Positions 16,429 through 25,439 of a stretch of DNA of 64,000 nucleotides are shown here, one piece after another; within the stretch, counting starts at the first letter, position 1, and every line of letters begins with the position of its first letter. The notes under the pieces were generated by a model. The model saw nothing but the letters and a program-made list of their open reading frames with translations, was not told where the DNA came from and made no database searches. The stretch spans positions 1-64,000 of IMG/VR virus record IMGVR_UViG_3300002835_000007, one strand, 5' to 3'. Position numbers and translations under genes: made by a program.

Positions 16429-16555
16429 GGGGGTGTTGAAATGTTAGATAAATCACATTCTGCCTTTTAGATTAAAGAATGTTTGCAGCAAAATCAAAAT
16501 TATTCACGCAAACTGTAAATTTGATAAAACGTTGGTGCAATTCCAGCCGCCCCCA
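16429..16555 (+). ncRNA. tRNA-like ends enclosing CAGCAA module and Tyr(GUA) anticodon hairpin
   Basis: GGGGGTG/CGCCCCC-A; ACATTCT/AGAATGT + TTGCAGCAA; CAAA-CTGTAAA-TTTG; GTTGG-TGCAATT-CCAGC. Confidence 0.7.
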
Positions 16556-16678
16556 CTAAAATAAAATTATAAAAAACTTAAAAAATAAAAACTATGAAAA
16601 ATTCTATCAACATTAAGCGAAAGATAAAACGATAAGGCACTCGGCCAAGCTGGTTACGAGTGTCAATGGAAAAAACAC

Positions 16679-16752
16679 GCCTTCGTAGCTCAGCTGGATA
16701 GAGCACTCCACTTTTAATGGAGGGGTCATGGGTTCGAGTCCCATCGGGGGTA
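16679..16752 (+). tRNA. tRNA-Lys(TTT)
   Basis: CTCCA-CTTTTAA-TGGAG; full cloverleaf. Confidence 0.94.
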
Positions 16753-16757
16753 CATAT

Positions 16758-16830
16758 GTACTCGTAGCTTAGTTGGTAGAGCACTCCGCTTTTAACGGAG
16801 GGGTCAAGAGTTCGAATCTCTTCGGGTACA
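16758..16830 (+). tRNA. tRNA-Lys(TTT)
   Basis: GTACTCG/CGGGTAC; CTCCG-CTTTTAA-CGGAG. Confidence 0.94.
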
Positions 16831-16861
16831 CAACTATTAATAAACCAACATGTAACGTATT

Positions 16862-17230
16862 ATGAAACCAGAACAATATAATAAATTGACTGAACTTATT
16901 GGCAAAGATAAAGCTGATGAAGTAAGAGAAAATCTAATCAAGCATAAAGAGGAAAAGAAAGTTCAGAAACAAAAAGATGCTGCTGAATTAGAAGAAATGG
17001 TTGATAGGATGATACCAAAAACAGATTTAAAAGGTGGTGTTTATTACAATGGTCATAGATGGAGAGGAAAACATGTTGCCATGTGGGATGCTGAAAAGGA
17101 AACGTTTTTAACTATCAACTATACTATGGGTAATTTCTTCTTAGAAGAATTGCAGCATTACGAAGATGTTGCTGAAACAAGAATAGATGGTTTCATACCG
17201 TTTATTGAGATAGAAAAGTTTACTTTATAA
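16862..17230 (+). CDS. hypothetical protein
   Basis: ORF track. Confidence 0.7.
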   Translation: MKPEQYNKLTELIGKDKADEVRENLIKHKEEKKVQKQKDAAELEEMVDRMIPKTDLKGGVYYNGHRWRGKHVAMWDAEKETFLTINYTMGNFFLEELQHYEDVAETRIDGFIPFIEIEKFTL

Positions 17231-17263
17231 TGTTTTTTGATATTTATAACTAAAATAGATATC

Positions 17264-18271
17264 ATGATTAAAAAACTATTAAGAGAAGGTATAATAAAAA
17301 CAAATTTAACTGAAGACTCAATTAAATTATTTGAAACAGTTAAAGATTATTATGATTTTTCTGGTGACTTACAAGAAAATATTGACGCATTAAATGAATT
17401 GACAGTTTATTTAAAAGAAGAAGAGGATTTTGACCCATATGGTCATGGAGATAAACCATCAGAACCAACGACAGATGAAAATGTGTGTTTATTAAAGTTT
17501 TCAAAATCTAACACAAAATTAGACTGGCCTTCATTATCATTACCAGCTGGTTTTACATGTCCAGCAGCAACAGCGTGTAAAAATTTTCCAGCTAAAATGG
17601 GTAAAAGATTTTCAGATGGTTCAGCTGTTAAAAAAGCTAGTGAAAAAACTAAATTTCAATGTTATGCTGCTAGAGAACAAGGTCAATATCCTTCATTAAA
17701 TAAAAATGTTTTTAGTAACTTAAATTTATTGAAGGATGCTAATAAAACTGGTGGTGTTGATGGCATGGCTAACTTAATAATTGAATCATTAGAAAATGCT
17801 AATTTTACTTCTAAAATTTTTAGAATTCATGAAGGTGGTGATTTCTTTTCTAATTCTTATTTCCAAGCTTGGATTAAAGTTTGTCAAAAATTTCCAGAAA
17901 TAACATTTTATACACATACAACATCATTAACTTTTTGGATTAATAATAAATCATCTGTACCTAACAATATGAATTTAATTGCTTCTATGGATGAAGAAAA
18001 TTATAACACAATTGTAGATAATGGGTTAAGATATTCTAAAGTTGTGTTTAGTGAAGAAGAAGCAATTAATGAAAGATTACCTATTGATTATGATGATTCA
18101 TTAGCTTGTTGTACTAACAAAAATTTTGCATTATTATTACATGGACAACAACCAGCTGGTTCAGAAGCGTCAAAAGCAGTTTCAAAAACTAAAAAACAAG
18201 GTATTCCAGATAAATTAAAAGGTTTACATAAAGCAAACAAATCAAAAAGAAAAGAATTAATGAGAAAATAA
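17264..18271 (+). CDS. GP88-like (radical-SAM-related) phage protein
   Basis: SLPAGFTCP...C...CYA...RIHEGGDFFS; N-terminal IKKLLRE. Confidence 0.7.
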   Translation: MIKKLLREGIIKTNLTEDSIKLFETVKDYYDFSGDLQENIDALNELTVYLKEEEDFDPYGHGDKPSEPTTDENVCLLKFSKSNTKLDWPSLSLPAGFTCPAATACKNFPAKMGKRFSDGSAVKKASEKTKFQCYAAREQGQYPSLNKNVFSNLNLLKDANKTGGVDGMANLIIESLENANFTSKIFRIHEGGDFFSNSYFQAWIKVCQKFPEITFYTHTTSLTFWINNKSSVPNNMNLIASMDEENYNTIVDNGLRYSKVVFSEEEAINERLPIDYDDSLACCTNKNFALLLHGQQPAGSEASKAVSKTKKQGIPDKLKGLHKANKSKRKELMRK

Positions 18272-18297
18272 AAAAAGGAGCTATTAGCTCCTTTTTT
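18271..18297. terminator. bidirectional intrinsic terminator
   Basis: AAAAAAGGAGCTA-T-TAGCTCCTTTTTT between convergent genes. Confidence 0.85.
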
Positions 18298-18301
18298 GTT
18301 T

Positions 18302-18442
18302 TTAACCTTGTCCTACGCTTTTCTTTTTATAGTTTTTAGCGTTTTTAGATACTGAAGTTTTACATTTAGAATGAACTCCTGGTCTTTTCTTTTTACCTTT
18401 ACTAATTTTAGTAGAAGATACTGTTTTAACTGCTTTTGCCAT
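18302..18442 (-). CDS. 46-aa basic protein (MAKAVKTVSS...KNYKKKSVGQG)
   Basis: Minus-strand ORF with TATTTATA upstream, ending at bidirectional terminator. Confidence 0.7.
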   Translation of the reverse strand: MAKAVKTVSSTKISKGKKKRPGVHSKCKTSVSKNAKNYKKKSVGQG

Positions 18443-18781
18443 AATATTAAGTTTTACATATATAAATACTTGATAAACCCATTTTTTATTTGTATATTTA
18501 GTAAAAAATTATTATGAAGAATCTTATTACTATTGACGTAGACACAGAAAGAGAGCAACCAATACTGATTGGTAAAGGTGCTGAAATTCCATCACCAACA
18601 AATAAAGATGAAGCACGTGAAATGATTGTAAATGACATAAAATGTGTTTGTGAAACATTATGCATTTTAATTGACGTTGCTGACCAAAATAAATACGCAT
18701 TAAAAAGCGAATTGATTACTGAATCAATCAAGCAATTAACAAAAATGCTTTAATATAACATTTAAAATAAAATAATATGAA

Positions 18782-19291
18782 ATGATTGAAATTGATATTA
18801 CTGACGACCAAAAACAAAGAGCAAAAGAATTATATGAGTTTAATGTTTTGAAAGGGTCAGTGACTGAAGGCAAAGGCAACGAAGTTGGTGCATTAGGTGA
18901 AGTGATTGTTTGGGACCAATTTAAAAAGATAACAAAATATGTTGGTTCATATGATTATGATATGATAATCAGAGGTAAAAAAGTCGATGTTAAAACAAAA
19001 TTACAAAACTTTGAACCAAAACCATATCACAGAGCTAACATATTCGCTTACAACATAAGACAGAAATGTGATTACTATTGTTTTGTTGCTATTTTATCTG
19101 ATTTATCAAAAGGTTGGATTATTGGGTGGAAAGAAAAAGATAAATTTTTCGAAGAAGCGATATTTAAGAAAAAAGGGGAAGTGGATAACGTTGGAACAAA
19201 CGAAGGTTGGGTTTTCAAAGGTGACTGCTACTGTTTAAATAATGACCAATTAGATAATAAGGTGAAAGAAAGGTCAACTAGTATTAATTAA
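18782..19291 (+). CDS. PD-(D/E)XK nuclease-like protein
   Basis: GALGE...YDMIIRGKKVDVKTK. Confidence 0.6.
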   Translation: MIEIDITDDQKQRAKELYEFNVLKGSVTEGKGNEVGALGEVIVWDQFKKITKYVGSYDYDMIIRGKKVDVKTKLQNFEPKPYHRANIFAYNIRQKCDYYCFVAILSDLSKGWIIGWKEKDKFFEEAIFKKKGEVDNVGTNEGWVFKGDCYCLNNDQLDNKVKERSTSIN

Positions 19292-19317
19292 TTAATTAAT
19301 TCGTGAAACAAGAAAAT

Positions 19318-19785
19318 ATGGAATTAGTAACAACCTATTTATGCAAGACCAGTGATGTCGGTGTACATTCAAATGTATTCGGTGGTAGGTTAATATCAAT
19401 TATTGATGAAAGCAGTGCAGCGTATGTAGCACAAATATGTGATACCCCAAGAGTTGTAACAGTTAAAATTGATGACTTGATATTTGATAAACCAGTAAAG
19501 GTAAATAACATAATTAAATTATATGCAAAAGTTTTGAATTTTGGAAAAACTTCTATAACTTTGTATGTAGAATTAAGAAAACATGATGTTTATACTGGCG
19601 ACCAAGAAATCGCAATAAAAACAAACATAAAGTTTGTTAGGATTAATGATGAAGGTAAACCAATTCCAATAACTGAAGAAGTTAAAAAAAGGTATTACGA
19701 AAGAATTGAGAAATATGGTAAAGGACTTTTAAGCACTGAGGAAAAAGAAATTGCTATAAAAAATGAAACCAAAAATCTCAATTAG
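19318..19785 (+). CDS. acyl-CoA thioesterase (HotDog, YciA-like)
   Basis: NVFGGRLISIIDE; FDKPVKV; GKTSI; FVRINDEGKP. Confidence 0.88.
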   Translation: MELVTTYLCKTSDVGVHSNVFGGRLISIIDESSAAYVAQICDTPRVVTVKIDDLIFDKPVKVNNIIKLYAKVLNFGKTSITLYVELRKHDVYTGDQEIAIKTNIKFVRINDEGKPIPITEEVKKRYYERIEKYGKGLLSTEEKEIAIKNETKNLN

Positions 19786-20056
19786 CTTTGGTGAACCAGT
19801 TGCTTTATGTAATCGTTGTGATGCTGTTATGTGTTATGTTCACTGTAAATTCGAAAAATGTAAAGTTCTTGAAGTAAGAACAAATAATGGTGTTCCTTAT
19901 ATTAACACACCAATAGGTGACGAAGCACCATTATATTGTTTAAATTGTGAATTATTAACTAATTTAAAATTAAATTAATATGAATTATAACGAAAATAAC
20001 ATTAAGTTCCTAGCTGAATACATATTCAGTTATGTGATTAGATACCCAAATTAAGA

Positions 20057-20305
20057 ATGGATTTTTATATGGAAATTTTGGCATATTTTGCCTCAGTAAT
20101 AGTATTAATATCTTTTATTGTTAAAGACATAGTATTGTTAAGATTATTGAATGTGATAGGTTGCATTTTATTTATAACGTATTCACATTATCACGGCAGA
20201 TACCCATTGGTTTTTTTAAACTTTATGGTTATCATAGTTAATTTAGTTTATATTTACAAACCAATAGTTTCATTATGGAAGGGACGTTTAAAAAAGAGAT
20301 ATTAG
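20057..20305 (+). CDS. small inner-membrane protein (YgjV-like)
   Basis: LISF...LRLLNVIGCILFITY...N. Confidence 0.65.
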   Translation: MDFYMEILAYFASVIVLISFIVKDIVLLRLLNVIGCILFITYSHYHGRYPLVFLNFMVIIVNLVYIYKPIVSLWKGRLKKRY

Positions 20306-20462
20306 GTAACGAATTGTACCTATTTAACGCAAAAGGTGAATTAATCTTTAAGCGTTGGTTGAATCAAGGTTATTCAAAAGTTTTTACACCATTTGCTTAT
20401 GGTAAGAATGATACGTATGTATCAATTACAGAACAAGATGGTAAAATAATACGCAAAGAGAA

Positions 20463-20969
20463 ATGATTAGTATTATAGTTGCTGCGTCTACCAATATGGT
20501 TATTGGTAAAGATAATCAATTGCCATGGCATATCCCAGACGATTTAAAGAACTTTAAATCACTTACTGATGGAAAGCGTGTCTACATGGGTAGAAAGTGT
20601 TGGGAATCGCTTCCAGAGAAGTTTAGACCTCTACCTAATAGAGATAATATTATTATTACCAGAGATACCACATACAAAGCAGAAGGTGCCACAGTATTGA
20701 ATGATATCGACCTTATCAAAAGAGGTTATGAATTATCATCAATTAATTTTGGTCTTACAGAACATTTTGTTATTGGTGGTGCAGAAATATATAAAGAATT
20801 ATTTCCAATCGCTCAAAAATTATATCTTACAGAAGTGTTGGCTGAAGTTGAAGGTGACACTTACCTACAAGGTTTTAACCCAGATGAATGGGTGTTGATA
20901 GATGAAAGTGCCATTTATGAAGAAAATGGTTTTAAATATCGTTTCAAATATTTTCAAAGAAAACAATAA
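20463..20969 (+). CDS. folA: dihydrofolate reductase
   Basis: VIGKDNQLPWHIPDDLKNFK, MGRKCWES, RPLPNR, IGGAEIY, GDT. Confidence 0.96.
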   Translation: MISIIVAASTNMVIGKDNQLPWHIPDDLKNFKSLTDGKRVYMGRKCWESLPEKFRPLPNRDNIIITRDTTYKAEGATVLNDIDLIKRGYELSSINFGLTEHFVIGGAEIYKELFPIAQKLYLTEVLAEVEGDTYLQGFNPDEWVLIDESAIYEENGFKYRFKYFQRKQ

Positions 20970-21344
20970 AAAAAATTTGTTTAATCAGTTTTTTGTTTGT
21001 ACATTTGTCCTATAATTAAATTATGGCACAAGAACGTAAAAAAGCTGAACCAAAACCTATTGTTAAACTTGAACCTAAGAAAAGGGTTCAAACTGCTGTT
21101 GAGGAAAAACCTAAAAAAGAGGTTAAAGTTGAACCAATAGTTGAACCAATAGTTGAAGAACAAGCTGAGGCTAAAGTTAAACGAAGTGAAAACAAATATG
21201 TTAGACTATCGTTAGAGGCTAAGGCTGATGAAAAACTTCCTTTTTTAGAAAAGGTAAAAAGTGGTGAGTTAAAATATGCGTTCTATGCTATAGATGGTGA
21301 TAAGGGTTATCACTATTATTTAGTAACTAAAAAACAAAAATAAA

Positions 21345-21740
21345 ATGAGTTTAAAAGAAAGAATCAACACAGATTTCATGGCAGCTTTTAAAGCTAAAGA
21401 AATGGAAAAGAAAAACTTTTTAGGTGTTGTAAAGGGTGAAATACAAAATGAATCTGGTCGCTCTGGTAAAGACGATGATGAAACAGTTATGGGTATTTTA
21501 AAGAAAATTGAAAAGTCTTTGAAACAAACCAATACTGCTGAATCATTAGCAGAGTTAGAATACATCAAACCATACTTACCAAAGTTAATGGATGAAATTA
21601 GTATTCGTTCAATCATCAGAACATTTAAAAAAGATGGTATTGATGATGTTGGTAAAATGATGGGTGCGTTCAATAAAGTGTATAAAGGTCAAGCAGATAA
21701 TGCAGTAGTATCTAAAATAGTTAAAGAAGTGTTAGCATGA
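21345..21740 (+). CDS. GatB/YqeY domain protein
   Basis: MSLKERINTDFMAAFKAKE...E...YLPK...GKMMG. Confidence 0.85.
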   Translation: MSLKERINTDFMAAFKAKEMEKKNFLGVVKGEIQNESGRSGKDDDETVMGILKKIEKSLKQTNTAESLAELEYIKPYLPKLMDEISIRSIIRTFKKDGIDDVGKMMGAFNKVYKGQADNAVVSKIVKEVLA

Positions 21741-22114
21741 TTTGGTATATTTTATTTATATTAGTAGTACATTGGTTTGCGGATTTTATTTTACAGACCC
21801 ATCACATGAGCACTAGAAAAAGTAGCAGTAACTACTATCTTACATTACACGTATCTGTATATACATTTGCAACAATTGTTTTATGGGCTTTTGTTTTTCC
21901 TTTTACATCTATTCATGTTACTAGTTTAGGTATTTGGACATCATTTACTTCGATATTTGCTAGTCATTGGGTTACAGATTATTTTACGAGTAGATTAACT
22001 AGTAAATTATACAAAGAAGAAAAGTATCATAACTTTTTTGTTGTGATTGGATTAGACCAAGTGCTGCATTACACACAATTATTATTAACATTTAATTATT
22101 TATTACAATTATGA
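21737..22114 (+). CDS. DUF3307-like membrane protein
   Basis: HWFADFILQ...H...SHWVTDY...GLDQVLH. Confidence 0.8.
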   Translation: MIWYILFILVVHWFADFILQTHHMSTRKSSSNYYLTLHVSVYTFATIVLWAFVFPFTSIHVTSLGIWTSFTSIFASHWVTDYFTSRLTSKLYKEEKYHNFFVVIGLDQVLHYTQLLLTFNYLLQL

Positions 22115-22707
22115 AATTAAAATTAGACCATCAACGTATTTGGTTTGCATCAGATTATCATTTTTGCCACGCAAATGTGATTAAATACGATGGAAGACCA
22201 TATAAAAATGTTGATGAGATGCATGAAGCTTTGATTGAAAACTGGAATCATTACATTGCAGAAGACGATGTGGTGTTTTATTTGGGTGATTTATCTTTTG
22301 ATAAGAATGGTAAACAAACACAAGAGTTAGTTAACCAATTAAAAGGTAAAATTCATTACATATTGGGTAACCATGACAAAGAAAAAGACATTAGAAAACT
22401 AAATCGTTTTGAAACTGTTAGTGATTATATCAATTTATCGGTAATGGATGAAGATAACCCTAGAAAATGGCAAGAGATTATGATGATGCACTACCCAATA
22501 CTATCTTGGGATAAGGCACACCATGGTGCTTGGCACTTACATGGTCATTGTCATGGGTCATTGATGAAAGATTCCAACTATGATTGGTATTATAATAAAA
22601 AAGTAATGGATGTGGGTTGCTGCATGACAGATTATCACCCACTACATTATACCGATGTGAAACAAATCATGTCACAGAAAGAAGTAGAAAAAGTAGGACA
22701 CCACTAA
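22111..22707 (+). CDS. calcineurin-like metallophosphoesterase
   Basis: SDYHFCH, LGD, GNHD, HYP, HGHCH. Confidence 0.9.
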   Translation: MKLKLDHQRIWFASDYHFCHANVIKYDGRPYKNVDEMHEALIENWNHYIAEDDVVFYLGDLSFDKNGKQTQELVNQLKGKIHYILGNHDKEKDIRKLNRFETVSDYINLSVMDEDNPRKWQEIMMMHYPILSWDKAHHGAWHLHGHCHGSLMKDSNYDWYYNKKVMDVGCCMTDYHPLHYTDVKQIMSQKEVEKVGHH

Positions 22708-22719
22708 AATTAAATTAAA

Positions 22720-24048
22720 ATGGGAAGTAAAAAGAAAGTTAAAGAGGTTGAAATTTCATTAGATGAAATTATAAAAATGACGAAAAGACGTAATCCATTA
22801 TTGGGGGAAATTGATATTAATTTACCACCTCGTGGGTTTAATATTTCTGATTTAGAATCTGATGATGATGAAGATGATGACGATGATGATAACACGTACA
22901 CTAGTCTTTCATTAGAAAGTACATTTGTTGAAATGGCGTTGATAAATAGTTATCTATATGATTGTTTTAAACGAAAACAAAAAGATGTTACAGTTACATC
23001 ATATGGTTCAACAGATTCTTTAGGTAGACTATATTTGAATGGAAGTTTTGATAATACTGCTTCTTTTTGGTATGAATGTAATATGCCAGATAATGATAAT
23101 AAATTCTTTTTTCAAACAAAAAGTTTTGTTGATAATAGAAATGAAGTACAAGTGCAGCTTCACATTACAATTCAAAATGGAGTGTCAAACGACAAGTTAC
23201 ATGAAATCATTGAGAAAATTAAACATCTTTCGTTTAATAACTCAGAATACAAAGGTAAATGTATCAAAGTTAAGTTAAGAGATGGTAGATTTAAAGGTAT
23301 TGAAATAATTGATATCGAAGAGTCATCAAATGAATTAATTTTGAATGATATTCAAATGAAATTTATTGAACATTTTATCTCACGTGTAAAGAGAGGTGGG
23401 AACGCTAGATACTTGTTAAATGGAGAACCAGGAACGGGTAAGACAGAATCTATACGTGAAATAGCTAGAAAATTGATACCTAATGTAACATTTGTTATTC
23501 CAGAATTTCTTTCAACAAATGATTTGACCATGATTATGGAAGGTTGTGAAATTTTTGATAACGCTGTAATCATTATGGATGACATCGATTTATTCTTAGG
23601 TTCACGTGATAATGGAAGTTACACATCATTGTTAGGCCAATTCTTATCATTCTTTGATGGTGTTAAGAAACGTAAAATTAGTTTATTAGCATCAACAAAT
23701 GACAAAGGGTTGGTTGATAAAGCTGCCGAAAGACCAGGTCGTTTTAACTTTACATTAGATTATAGTTTCTTAGATGAAGACCAAATAATTAAAGTTTGTA
23801 ACATTCATTTACCAGAACAATGGAGAGTTAAAGAAGTGTATGATGCACTTACTGAGAATATAAATGGTAAAAAACCAAACATCACTGGTGCATTTATTGC
23901 TAACTTATCTGATAATATTAAAGAAATGTCTGAAGATGATGAAAAATGGTCATTATCCGATACTGTTTCGTTAATCAAAGAATCTTATAAAGGATTCTAC
24001 TCAAGCCAAGTTGAGAAAGAAAAATCAACCATGGGGTTTATTAGATAA
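22720..24048 (+). CDS. AAA+ ATPase
   Basis: GEPGTGKT, IIMDDID, STN, RPGRF. Confidence 0.9.
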   Translation: MGSKKKVKEVEISLDEIIKMTKRRNPLLGEIDINLPPRGFNISDLESDDDEDDDDDDNTYTSLSLESTFVEMALINSYLYDCFKRKQKDVTVTSYGSTDSLGRLYLNGSFDNTASFWYECNMPDNDNKFFFQTKSFVDNRNEVQVQLHITIQNGVSNDKLHEIIEKIKHLSFNNSEYKGKCIKVKLRDGRFKGIEIIDIEESSNELILNDIQMKFIEHFISRVKRGGNARYLLNGEPGTGKTESIREIARKLIPNVTFVIPEFLSTNDLTMIMEGCEIFDNAVIIMDDIDLFLGSRDNGSYTSLLGQFLSFFDGVKKRKISLLASTNDKGLVDKAAERPGRFNFTLDYSFLDEDQIIKVCNIHLPEQWRVKEVYDALTENINGKKPNITGAFIANLSDNIKEMSEDDEKWSLSDTVSLIKESYKGFYSSQVEKEKSTMGFIR

Positions 24049-24113
24049 AAAAGAATCCGAATAAGTTGCTTATTCGGATTTTCTTTTGTACATTTGTATT
24101 ATAAAATTAAAAT

Positions 24114-25103
24114 ATGGAAGCAAAATCAAATATTAACCCATCCGATTATGAAATCGGTGTAGTGGTTGCTAGATTCCAAGTGCATAAATTGCATGAAGGA
24201 CAAAGAAATTTACTTAACATGGTTTATAAAAACCACAAGAAAGTAATTATATTTTTAGGTGTTTCAGTAATATCTGGAACTAAGAATAATCCATTAGACT
24301 TTGCATCACGCAAAGCAATGATACAAGAAGCTTATCCTAAAGCAGTTGTATTACCACTTAAAGACAATCGCTCAGATGCTAAATGGTCACAAGTGCTTGA
24401 TGCTGAAATCAAAACACCTTATGGTGATTTATCAGCGGTATTGTATGGTAGTCGTGACTCTTTTATTCCTTATTATAGTGGTAAAAATCCAGTAATTGAA
24501 TACACAACAGATGTATTTTATTCTGGTACTGAAGTGCGTAAAGAAGTGTCAAGAGAAATATTGGCATCAGAAGACTTTAGAGCTGGTGTAATCCACGCAA
24601 CTTATGCTGCTAGACCAGTAACATATCCAACAGTAGATATCACCGTATACAACGACAAAGGACAAATCCTTATGGCTAAAAAACCAAACGAAGAGTTTTA
24701 TCGTTTTATTGGTGGGTTTGTTGATAGAACTGATGAGTCTTGGGAACAAGCAGCTAAACGTGAGTTTAAAGAAGAAACTGGTGGAAACGCTGAAATTGAC
24801 GATATTAGATATGTTTGTAGTGCTGCTATAAATGATTGGCGTTATGGTAAAACAGAGTCTGGTATTATGACAACACTTTTCATTGGTAAGTTCTTATGGG
24901 GACGTATTGAACCATCTGATGATATTGCATCATTGCATTGGATAAACCCATCTGACGTTTATAGTAGTGAAATCATGCCAGAACACCAAGAGTTATTTGA
25001 ATCTTTGACACGTTTTTTACATAGAACTGAATTAATCAGTAAAAACACTGGTGAAGGTAAAATAAAAGAAGCAAAAGCTAAATACGGAGAAAGTATCGCA
25101 TGA
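24114..25103 (+). CDS. nadM: bifunctional NMN adenylyltransferase / Nudix ADP-ribose pyrophosphatase
   Basis: ARFQVHKLHEGQ, NPLDF..R, SGTEVR; Nudix box GGFVD...AAKREFKEETG. Confidence 0.92.
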   Translation: MEAKSNINPSDYEIGVVVARFQVHKLHEGQRNLLNMVYKNHKKVIIFLGVSVISGTKNNPLDFASRKAMIQEAYPKAVVLPLKDNRSDAKWSQVLDAEIKTPYGDLSAVLYGSRDSFIPYYSGKNPVIEYTTDVFYSGTEVRKEVSREILASEDFRAGVIHATYAARPVTYPTVDITVYNDKGQILMAKKPNEEFYRFIGGFVDRTDESWEQAAKREFKEETGGNAEIDDIRYVCSAAINDWRYGKTESGIMTTLFIGKFLWGRIEPSDDIASLHWINPSDVYSSEIMPEHQELFESLTRFLHRTELISKNTGEGKIKEAKAKYGESIA

Positions 25104-25438
25104 AATTAGCAGTAATTGGTAGCAGAGGTTTTAATGACTATGAGTTGGTTAAAGAAACTTTAAAACATCATACAATAACATTATTGGTTAGTGGTGGTGC
25201 GAAAGGTGCTGATTCATTGGGTGAAAGATATGCAAATGAAAATAACATTCAAACACTTATCTTTAAACCAGATTGGAAGAAACATGGACCAGCAGCTGGT
25301 CCACTTAGAAATACCGATATTGTTAACAATGCCGATACTATCATAGCATTTTGGGATGGTGAAAGTAAAGGAACCAAAGATAGTATCACAAAAGCTGAAA
25401 AATTAGGAAAAAATATAATAATAATAAATACAAAATAG
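25100..25438 (+). CDS. SLOG-family protein (DUF2493/YspA-like)
   Basis: IGSRGF, VSGGAKGAD, AGPLRN, AFWDGESKGT. Confidence 0.88.
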   Translation: MKLAVIGSRGFNDYELVKETLKHHTITLLVSGGAKGADSLGERYANENNIQTLIFKPDWKKHGPAAGPLRNTDIVNNADTIIAFWDGESKGTKDSITKAEKLGKNIIIINTK

Positions 25439-25439
25439 T

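Noticed and set aside
16429-16555. tmRNA, given tmRNA-like ends and smpB in the window
   Set aside because: Only 127 nt, no G3:U70 pair, no tag ORF or pseudoknots; fits the CAGCAA family better.
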